In this document: positions 18,021 through 25,197 of the stretch, one piece after another | Layout: every line of letters begins with the position of its first letter | Position numbering within the stretch: position 1 is the first letter of the stretch | Notes under the pieces: generated by a model | Databases searched by the model: none | What the model saw: only the letters and a program-made list of their open reading frames with translations | What the model was told of the DNA's origin: nothing | NCBI GenBank assembly: GCA_018714385.1 | Contig: DVNL01000002.1 | Span: forward strand, 27,619-91,618 | Length of the DNA: 64,000 nt | Source: Candidatus Enterosoma merdigallinarum | GTDB lineage: Bacteria; Bacillota_I; Bacilli_A; RFN20; CAG-288 | Direction of reading: 5' to 3' | Program-made: the position numbers and the translations under genes

Positions 18021-18605
18021 ATGAAGCTTAAAAGTTTGCTTGTCTTGCCGTTGGCGGCATTCATGACTGTGCTTGCCGGATGCGGCAATGCTGATAGTAG
18101 CACAAGCGGTTCGGGAGAGAGCGCTAACGCGATGGTCGTCTATTTTTCGGCTACCGGAAACACCGAGGAAGTCGCGCGAATCATCGCGGATTATATCGAC
18201 GGGCCGATTCACGAGCTGGAACCCGTGGATCCCTATACATCAGAGGATTTGAACTATGGCGACAGCGATAGCAGAGTGTCCCTGGAAAGAAATGACCCGG
18301 ATCATCTGACCGAACTTGTTGCAGTGGACTTTGATGAGTTTGATGAATCGGAATACATATTCCTTGGCGCTCCCGTCTGGTGGGGAGAGCTCAGCTGGGT
18401 GATCAATGACTTCGTTCTCTCAAACGATTTTACAGGCGAGACAATCATTCCTTTCGCCACGGCATCTTCATCTAATTTTAGCGTCGATGATTTAAGATAT
18501 TTATCCGATGAAGCAACCTGGATGGAAGGAAGAAGATTCAGACAGAGCGAGATCAATGAAGAGAACGTTCATGGTTGGATAGATGGCTTAGATATTAACT
18601 TTTAG
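18021..18605 (+). CDS. flavodoxin-like protein with a lipoprotein signal (predicted exported)
   Basis: 194 aa. Lipobox VLAGC, then MVVYFSATGNTEEVA and GAPVWWGE...IIPFATASSS, typical of Flavodoxin_4-type proteins. Confidence 0.75.
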   Translation: MKLKSLLVLPLAAFMTVLAGCGNADSSTSGSGESANAMVVYFSATGNTEEVARIIADYIDGPIHELEPVDPYTSEDLNYGDSDSRVSLERNDPDHLTELVAVDFDEFDESEYIFLGAPVWWGELSWVINDFVLSNDFTGETIIPFATASSSNFSVDDLRYLSDEATWMEGRRFRQSEINEENVHGWIDGLDINF

Positions 18606-18617
18606 GAGGATTGACAA

Positions 18618-19091
18618 ATGAAGATATTGGTCAGTTATTTTTCTGCCGGTGGAGTGACAAAAAGAGTCGCTACTCGATTGGCGGATATATTGGATGCCGA
18701 TTTGGAAGAGATTAGACCTGTTCACAAATATACCGATGAAGATTTGGATTGGAGAAATAATCATTCCCGATCATCTGCCGAGATGAACGACGAGAATTGT
18801 AGGCCGGAAATCGAAAGGCCTGTCCACGATTTGTCTTCCTATGATGTTGTCCTGGTCGGCTATCCGATATGGTGGTATGTCGAGCCCAGGGTAGTAGACA
18901 CTTATTTGGAACGATTCGATTTGGCAGGCAAGAGAATAATACCTTTTGCCACGAGCGGCGGAAGTTCTATCAGCGGAAGTGTGAGCCGTCTGAGAAATCT
19001 CCATCCAAAAGCCGAAATTGAAGAAGGTTTGCTTTTGAATCACGGACTCGATGAGATCGTCATAAGAAAAAAGATCGATGGAGGAAAATAA
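18618..19091 (+). CDS. flavodoxin-like protein (cytoplasmic paralog)
   Basis: 157 aa with ILVSYFSAGGVTKRVA, GYPIWWYV and IIPFATSGGS. No signal peptide. Confidence 0.8.
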   Translation: MKILVSYFSAGGVTKRVATRLADILDADLEEIRPVHKYTDEDLDWRNNHSRSSAEMNDENCRPEIERPVHDLSSYDVVLVGYPIWWYVEPRVVDTYLERFDLAGKRIIPFATSGGSSISGSVSRLRNLHPKAEIEEGLLLNHGLDEIVIRKKIDGGK

Positions 19092-19092
19092 G

Positions 19093-19818
19093 ATGAAACA
19101 AACCGCGGGAAGAAAAGGATTGGGCGATTTGGCGCCGAAATTTGCTGAATTGAACGATGATGTCTTGTTCGGCGAAGTCTGGTCCAGAACCGACAAATTA
19201 TCTTTAAGAGACAGGTGCATCATCACGGTCGTGGCTTTGGTCAGCAAAGGCATAACCGACAATTCTTTGAAGTATCATCTGACGAACGCCAAGAATCATG
19301 ACGTGACCAAAGTCGAGATGGTCGAAATCATCACCCATATCGCCTTTTATGTCGGCTGGCCCAATGCCTGGGCGGTGTTCCCCATGGTGAGGGAAGTCTA
19401 TGAAGACGACAAGACAGGCAAGGAACCGATGTTCGGCTTAGGCAAGACCAATGATGCTTACGCACAGTATTTCGTCGGGCAATCCTATTTGAACCCAGTC
19501 AACAAGGAAGGGGTGTTCATCGCCAATGTGACTTTTGAACCGGGATGCCGGAACAACTGGCATGTCCATCGGGCTTCTAAAGGGGGAGGACAGATCCTGC
19601 TTTGCACGGATGGCGAAGGCTGGTATCAAGAAGAAGGAACGAAAGCCAGAAAGCTTATGCCGGGAGATGTCGTCTATATCGCTCCCGGAATCAAACATTG
19701 GCATGGTGCGACAAGGGATAGCTGGTTCTCTCATCTTGCCATCGAGGTCCCTGGTGAAGAGACTTCCAACGAGTGGCTGGAGAAAGTTGACGATGAGGAA
19801 TATGACAGACTTCAATAA
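19093..19818 (+). CDS. carboxymuconolactone decarboxylase (CMD)-domain and cupin-domain fusion protein
   Basis: N-terminal CMD/AhpD-like region (LSLRDRCIITVVALV...ITHIAFYVGWPNA). C-terminal cupin (FEPGCRNNWHVH...IKHWHGA). The start at 19093 follows RBS GGAGGA. The ORF track extends to 19078. Confidence 0.75.
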   Translation: MKQTAGRKGLGDLAPKFAELNDDVLFGEVWSRTDKLSLRDRCIITVVALVSKGITDNSLKYHLTNAKNHDVTKVEMVEIITHIAFYVGWPNAWAVFPMVREVYEDDKTGKEPMFGLGKTNDAYAQYFVGQSYLNPVNKEGVFIANVTFEPGCRNNWHVHRASKGGGQILLCTDGEGWYQEEGTKARKLMPGDVVYIAPGIKHWHGATRDSWFSHLAIEVPGEETSNEWLEKVDDEEYDRLQ

Positions 19819-19841
19819 GGAAATCCTGGTGAGGCGAAATT

Positions 19842-20171
19842 ATGGCGATAACAATCAATATTTACTACACAGGCGAAAAAGGCAGCGCGAAAGCGTTCGC
19901 CAAAGAAATGGTTGACTCGGGAATCGTCAACGAGATCAGGGCAGAAACCGGGAACCTAAAATATGAGTACTTTGCTTCATATGACGATCCCGAGACGGTT
20001 CTTTTGATTGATAGATGGGCGAGTTAGAATACCTTGGACTTTCATCATAAATCAAAAATGATGCGAAAAATCCGGGAGCTGAGAGACAAGTATGATTTGA
20101 AAATGCGAGTCGAAAGATTTGTCGATGATATTGATGTCCCGGCATCGGATGATAAATATGTTAGAAAGTGA
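19842..20171 (+). pseudogene. antibiotic-biosynthesis-monooxygenase (ABM)-domain gene with an in-frame TAG
   Basis: The 61-aa ORF ends ...LLIDRWAS-TAG. The same frame continues NTLDFHHKSKMMRKIRELRDKYDLKMRVERF... to a TGA at 20169-20171. The whole reads as one 109-codon ABM domain interrupted at codon 62. Confidence 0.6.
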
Positions 20172-20359
20172 AAAAGCGATAGAATGCGCTCTTTTTGCGG
20201 CATCATGTAAGAGCATGGACTTCGCAAAACGGCGGAATCCACGATTGCTCCGGTTTTCCCGATAAAGACCTCATGGAATGCCATTCTACAATTTCCGGAA
20301 AAGAAAGCTGAAAACCTCTCGGAATATCGTTGGCGTATCCATTCTAGGGGCGATTTGAT

Positions 20360-20899
20360 ATGCTTAAAGGGGAAGGAATTGCTGCAAGGACCTTGTTGCA
20401 CCTGATGCAATCCGAACTGGCAAGACGGGAGGATCTTATGTTTTTGGCAGAACAAATGGATGTGGCAAACACGGCGTACATATATACTTTCGGTTGCGTT
20501 GGGATTGTTTTTTCGGTTCTCCTAATTGTTCTGGGCATCATTTTCATGGCCAGGAAAGTCGATCTCAATTATAGTTTCGGATATCGGTCTTATTTTTCTC
20601 TTTCCACGCCCAAGACGTGGAAGTGGTGCAATAAGGTGCTCTTCCTATCCGTCTTTTCCTTGAGTCCTCTTTTTCTGATCGCACATGTCGTCGTCTTCGT
20701 CCTTTCCCTTGTCCATGATTGGTCTTTTGCATGGGTAGTTATCACGATGGCTTCGGGAATGGTATATTTGATTCCTGTGACTCTTTTTATTGAAATCTAT
20801 GGCAGGATCAAGTTTAAGGATTTGAAGGCAGATCGGGTGGAGCCGCTGGTGGAAAACGAAAAATCGAAAAGGCAAGACATCGATGACTTTTGGGACTGA
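20360..20899 (+). CDS. polytopic membrane protein, possibly SdpI-like, true start uncertain
   Basis: 179-aa ORF with 4 hydrophobic helices and FGYRSYFSLSTPKTWKWCNK between helices 1 and 2. A later Met (MFLAEQ or MDVANT) is a more likely start. Confidence 0.45.
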   Translation: MLKGEGIAARTLLHLMQSELARREDLMFLAEQMDVANTAYIYTFGCVGIVFSVLLIVLGIIFMARKVDLNYSFGYRSYFSLSTPKTWKWCNKVLFLSVFSLSPLFLIAHVVVFVLSLVHDWSFAWVVITMASGMVYLIPVTLFIEIYGRIKFKDLKADRVEPLVENEKSKRQDIDDFWD

Positions 20900-20927
20900 T
20901 TCCGTTCAGAAGTGGAGGTTGAAGCTG

Positions 20928-21452
20928 ATGAGGAAATTACTGATTGTCGTGGATTACCAGAAAGACTTTGTCGACGGCAGCTTGGCAAACCCGCATGCGA
21001 AAGCGCTGGAAGACGTCATCGGCGACATGATTAGGGAGTATGAGAAAGAAGGAGACGATGTCATTTTCACGATGGACACGCATCAAAAAGACTATCTTGA
21101 TACCGAGGAAGGACGGCATCTTCCGATCCCGCATTGCTTGGACGGAAGTAACGGACATCGCCTGTATGGGAAAATAGAAGAATTGTCCATGGGACATCCG
21201 ATCTTCAAAAAGGAGACTTTTCCATCTCTTGCTCTTGCGAAGTTCTTGGAGGGTAAAACTTACTCAGAAGTGACTCTTGTCGGAGTCGTCACCAATATCT
21301 GCGTCATCTCCAATGCCATCATGGTGAAGGCCGCCCTGCCCAACGCTCATATCGTCATCGATGCCAAAGGCTGCGCGTCTAACGATGAAAGGCTCGAGCT
21401 GGAATGCTACGACGTTTGTTCCGCTTTGCAAATTGAAGTGAAAAACCGATAG
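20928..21452 (+). CDS. isochorismatase-family cysteine hydrolase (nicotinamidase-like)
   Basis: LLIVVDYQKDFV, the catalytic region VTLVGVVTNICV and HLPIPHC. The start at 20928 follows RBS GGAGG. The ORF track starts at 20883. Confidence 0.8.
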   Translation: MRKLLIVVDYQKDFVDGSLANPHAKALEDVIGDMIREYEKEGDDVIFTMDTHQKDYLDTEEGRHLPIPHCLDGSNGHRLYGKIEELSMGHPIFKKETFPSLALAKFLEGKTYSEVTLVGVVTNICVISNAIMVKAALPNAHIVIDAKGCASNDERLELECYDVCSALQIEVKNR

Positions 21453-21688
21453 ATTTTAGTTTGCCGATTCAAAGGCTTTATGTCCATGTTCTTACTTTAT
21501 TTTTAAATTGGACTTCTTTTTAAAATCCGATTTTTTCGAAATAGTTTAAATATTCATTTTTAAAACAAACTGATTATATCCACTAATTTAAGTTGTGTCT
21601 GATATAACATTCCTTTTTGCAAAACAGGGGTTGTCATCAAAGCACAATGAAAAAAGATGTCCCTGAGGCAGAGGCAATTGTTTTTGTC

Positions 21689-22336
21689 TTATTTCAATGT
21701 GCCGAATATTCTGTCGCCGGCATCTCCCAAACCGGGACAGATGTAGGCGTTTTCGTTGAGGCAACGGTCCAAGGCACCGATATAAAGAGGAATGTCGGGA
21801 TAGGCCTCGTGGAAGACACGGACACCTTCCGGAGCGGCGATGATGCAGATGAACGTGATTTTTCTCGCCCCTCTCTCCTTGAGGAGCTTGATGGCGTCCT
21901 TTGCCGACCCTCCCGTGGCGAGCATCGGGTCGAGTACGAAGACTTCTCGATCCTCGATGTTGCCCGGAAGCTTGCAGAAGTATTCGTGAGGCTCGTGGGT
22001 CGTTTCGTCCCGATAGAGACCGATGTGTCCGACTTTTGCCGAAGGGACAAGTTCCAGCATGCCGTCGACCATGCCCAACCCCGCTCTAAGGATCGGAACG
22101 AAGCAGAGCTTTTTGCCGGAAATGACGGGCTCTTTGGCCGTTTCAATCGGCGTTTCCACTTCTATCAGTTCCGTTTTGAGCCCACGCAGGGCTTCATAGC
22201 CTTCCAGGACCGCGATTTCTTTCACCAGGCGACGGAATTCGTTTGTGCCCGTCTCCTTCTTTCTCAAGAGAGTGATCTTGTGCTTGAGGAGAGGGTGATC
22301 CAAGAGTATGACGTTTGGCGTGTCCGTGATTTCCAT
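21689..22336 (-). CDS. upp: uracil phosphoribosyltransferase
   Basis: 215 aa. PRPP-binding loop [13 protein letters not shown] and C-terminal [12 protein letters not shown]. Confidence 0.95.
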   Translation of the reverse strand: MEITDTPNVILLDHPLLKHKITLLRKKETGTNEFRRLVKEIAVLEGYEALRGLKTELIEVETPIETAKEPVISGKKLCFVPILRAGLGMVDGMLELVPSAKVGHIGLYRDETTHEPHEYFCKLPGNIEDREVFVLDPMLATGGSAKDAIKLLKERGARKITFICIIAAPEGVRVFHEAYPDIPLYIGALDRCLNENAYICPGLGDAGDRIFGTLK

Positions 22337-22469
22337 GGGCGAAGCTCCTTTCCGGAAGACTGAATGCTTTTTACGGTCATTTATGCTCTTATTGTATCCC
22401 TTTTCCCCTGTCGGGGAAACCGGAGTTCGACAAATGGGGCCATATGACGGAAGAGAGCCTCTGCTTTGT

Positions 22470-22498
22470 TTGCTTTAGGCCCTCTGCTCCTCTATAAT
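22470..22498 (+). promoter_or_regulatory. candidate sigma-70 promoter of the GT4 gene
   Basis: TTGCTT, a 17-nt spacer, then TATAAT, about 20 nt before the ATG at 22518. Confidence 0.4.
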
Positions 22499-22517
22499 CA
22501 AAGGACAAGAAAAGCTC

Positions 22518-23786
22518 ATGATCATTACTTTAGTCATAGACAATTTCGGCGCCACAAACAACGGAACCACCGTCACCTGCATGCGCACGGCCTCCTATCT
22601 CCAAAGCCGAGGGCATGAAGTGCGCGTCATCGCCCACGTCCCGCCCGAACATGATGATGTTTCCACCTATAAAATCCTCAACTGCCCCAGATACCATATC
22701 CCGATTTTCGACAAGCTCATCCTCGACAACGGCATGGTCATCGCAAAGGGAGACGAAAAACAGATCGCCGACTTTATCGAAGGCTCGGACATCGTTCACC
22801 TTCTCCTGCCTTTCCATTTGGAAAGCCAAGTCCGCAAGGTCGCCAAGGTCATGGGGATTCCCGTTACCTCCGCCTTCCATTGCCAGCCTGAGAACGTCTC
22901 TTTCAATATTCATATGGGTCATGTCCGCTGGGTCAATTCCCTTATCTATGCCCTTTTCAAACGCTGGGTCTATCGCTATACGCGCCATGTCCATACCCCT
23001 TCGGAGATGATGGCCGACCAAATGGTTCTTCATCACTACAAGAACGTCATCCATCCCATCTCAAACGGCATCGCGCCTGCGTTTGTGCCGGAGAGAGTCG
23101 AAAAGGACCCGGAGTTCAAGGACAAGTATCTCATCATGATGATCGGCCGCTATTCGGGCGAAAAGAGGCAGGACCTTCTTATCAAGGCCATCGGCCGCAG
23201 CCGCTATAACGACAGGATTCAGCTCGTCCTGTGCGGACAGGGGCCATTGAGGAAGAAATACGAGAAGCTTTCCAGAAAATATCTCAAGAATCCCTGCCTG
23301 TTCGCTTTCTGCGACCAGAAGAAGCTTCGCCATTTCATCAACATGGCGGATCTCTATGTCCATGCTTCCGATGCCGAAAGCGAGGCCATTTCCTGCATCG
23401 AGGCCTTTGCCTGCGGCCTTGTCCCCGTCATATCCGACTCCCCCGTCTCTGCCACGAACCATTTCGCCCTGGACAAGCGCTGCCTGTTCAAGGCCGGCGA
23501 TATCGACTCCCTCAAGGATCGCATCGAGTTCTTCATCGAGCATCCCGATGTGAAGGAAGACCTGTCCTCGAAATATGTGGAATATGGAAAGACCTTCTCC
23601 CTGGAAGGATGCATGGGAAGGCTTGAGGAGATGTTCCGCCAGGCCATCCAGGACGATCAAGAAGACCGCAAGCTTGAGAGAGCCTACCTCTCCACGCCGA
23701 AGGAAAGGCGTCTGCTCAGAAAGACGGCCAAAAAGATCGGTCTTGAGAATCCGACGATATATACCAATTCCGTCTGTCGAAAATAG
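22518..23786 (+). CDS. GT4-family glycosyltransferase, possibly a membrane glycolipid (glucosyl-diacylglycerol-type) synthase
   Basis: 422 aa GT-B fold with the EX7E-like region ASDAESEAISCIEAFACGLVPV. The glycolipid role is inferred only from resemblance to Mollicutes/Firmicutes lipid glycosyltransferases. Confidence 0.7.
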   Translation: MIITLVIDNFGATNNGTTVTCMRTASYLQSRGHEVRVIAHVPPEHDDVSTYKILNCPRYHIPIFDKLILDNGMVIAKGDEKQIADFIEGSDIVHLLLPFHLESQVRKVAKVMGIPVTSAFHCQPENVSFNIHMGHVRWVNSLIYALFKRWVYRYTRHVHTPSEMMADQMVLHHYKNVIHPISNGIAPAFVPERVEKDPEFKDKYLIMMIGRYSGEKRQDLLIKAIGRSRYNDRIQLVLCGQGPLRKKYEKLSRKYLKNPCLFAFCDQKKLRHFINMADLYVHASDAESEAISCIEAFACGLVPVISDSPVSATNHFALDKRCLFKAGDIDSLKDRIEFFIEHPDVKEDLSSKYVEYGKTFSLEGCMGRLEEMFRQAIQDDQEDRKLERAYLSTPKERRLLRKTAKKIGLENPTIYTNSVCRK

Positions 23787-23806
23787 CCTCCTCAGAGGCT
23801 ATTTTT
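23783..23806. terminator. bidirectional hairpin terminator between convergent genes
   Basis: ATAGCCTC-CTCA-GAGGCTAT, flanked by an A-run on the left and a T-run on the right. Overlaps both stop codons. Confidence 0.6.
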
Positions 23807-25196
23807 CTTCTTTTCTGCTTTGGATTTCCTCGTTCACTTTCTTGACTTCCGACCAAAGCCTCTTTTTGCTGAAATCCGTCTTTATGATGAAATCGAGAAG
23901 ATGGCGGTTTTTGTCATAGGAATTGAGGGCATTGAAAGCCAATCTCGTCTCGATGTCATGATCGCCTCTTTCAAGAAGGTGCGCCTTCTGCTTCGTCGTT
24001 TCCGTGCCCAGGAGGAAGGTGCAATCCTTTTCCATATGGGCATCGAAAAGAAGGGGAATCTCCAGGACTTTGTCCTTCCCGTCGTTTTGGATGAGGAAGG
24101 CGTTGGCCTTGTCCTTGACGGCGGAGAAGACGATGTTCTGATAGCGTCTCCGGAAGTCTTTCTCCTTCAAGAGCCTGCTCGAGACAACTTGCTTGTCGAT
24201 CCGCCTTTCGGGCGTGAAGATCTCCGGGAAGCGTTGGAAGAGCCGATCCAAAAAGACAGGATCCCGATAAAGGTCTCCGACGGCATCGTCGGCGGAGAAG
24301 ACGGCATAGCCTAGCCTTGCGAAATAGGAGCAGACAAGGCTTTTCCCCGATCCGATCTTGCCTGTCACGCCGAGGGTGATGCCCGTCTTCTGGCAATGCG
24401 GGCAGTAGCAAGTCCCGCGTCCGGCAAGCTGCCTTTTCTCGATCCGGAATCTTTTGCAGGAAGGGCATAGCTTTCCTTGTCTTCCGTAGACCATAAGAAA
24501 ATCCTGCATATCGCCATGTGCGGAAGGACTCGCCTGATAGGTCCGGATGGTGGCGCCGTTGTTTTCGATGGCGAGAAGAAGTATGCGTCTTGCCTCTTCC
24601 AAAATCCGCCTGCAGTCTTCGAGGGCGAGTCTTCCGGCCGGAAGGAAAGGAGAGATTCTGGCGGCAAAGAGAGTCTCGTCGGCATAGATGTTTCCTATCC
24701 CCGCGATGACGGTCTGATCCATGATCACTTCCTTGACGGGCCGCCGGACGTGCCTTGTCAAGGCGAAAAGTTCGGTCGGCTCCATTTCGAAAGGCTCCTT
24801 CCCCAAGGAGGACAGGGGACCTTCCTCGCCTTCTTCCAGGAAGTGGCAAGTGCCGAACTTCCGGACGTCATAGAAGGCAAGGCCGCTATCTTCCCCACGG
24901 AAGGGGAGGAAAAGGGAGAGATGCCTTCTTTCATGTCTTTCTTTGCCGACGACGAAGAGTTTCCCTTCCATCCGGAGATGGAAGAGGAGCTTCCTTTCTC
25001 CGGAGAGATGAAGGAGCAGATTCTTCCCTCTTCTGTCGACGGAAAGGACCTTCTTTCCCGGGAGATTTCTTGAAAAGTCCTGGAAGTCTGTCTTTATCAT
25101 GCCCGGGAAGACGATATCCGGTTCATCGAAAGTCTTTCCTGCGATCGCCTCTTGGAGGATGCGTCGGACGGTCTCGACCTCTGGGAGCTCCGGCAT
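23799..25196 (-). CDS. fpg/coaE: single-ORF fusion of formamidopyrimidine-DNA glycosylase (Fpg/MutM) and dephospho-CoA kinase (CoaE)
   Basis: 465 aa. N-terminal PELPEVE, the Fpg H2TH region and zinc finger CPSC...CYCPHC (to about aa 270) run directly into the CoaE P-loop ITLGVTGKIGSGKS. No stop or RBS at the junction near 24380-24390. Confidence 0.85.
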   Translation of the reverse strand: MPELPEVETVRRILQEAIAGKTFDEPDIVFPGMIKTDFQDFSRNLPGKKVLSVDRRGKNLLLHLSGERKLLFHLRMEGKLFVVGKERHERRHLSLFLPFRGEDSGLAFYDVRKFGTCHFLEEGEEGPLSSLGKEPFEMEPTELFALTRHVRRPVKEVIMDQTVIAGIGNIYADETLFAARISPFLPAGRLALEDCRRILEEARRILLLAIENNGATIRTYQASPSAHGDMQDFLMVYGRQGKLCPSCKRFRIEKRQLAGRGTCYCPHCQKTGITLGVTGKIGSGKSLVCSYFARLGYAVFSADDAVGDLYRDPVFLDRLFQRFPEIFTPERRIDKQVVSSRLLKEKDFRRRYQNIVFSAVKDKANAFLIQNDGKDKVLEIPLLFDAHMEKDCTFLLGTETTKQKAHLLERGDHDIETRLAFNALNSYDKNRHLLDFIIKTDFSKKRLWSEVKKVNEEIQSRKEEK

Positions 25197-25197
25197 G

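Larger units (their letters stand above)
10969..21650. mobile_element. degenerate AT-rich genomic island adjacent to tRNA-Ser, no integrase present
   Basis: It begins at the tRNA-Ser 3' end and ends in the AT-rich spacer before upp. Codon usage differs from the core: stop-free antisense frames vanish here. It carries at least five decayed genes and the paired 370-bp repeats. The right boundary is approximate. Confidence 0.5.

Noticed and set aside
10982-21604. The 9-mer TGTCTGATA occurs at 10982, 12957 and 21596, near both ends of island 1. It was considered as a possible att core.
   Set aside because: The first two occurrences are simply part of the 370-bp repeat. A single extra 9-mer match within about 10 kb of AT-rich DNA is within chance expectation. 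No tRNA 3'-end duplication or integrase supports it.
22337-22460. Possible PyrR-binding attenuator or other leader upstream of upp, with the hairpin TTCCCC-GACA-GGGGAA on the minus strand.
   Set aside because: The sequence does not match the PyrR box as I recall it (…CCAGAGAGGC…), and the hairpin lacks a U-tract.
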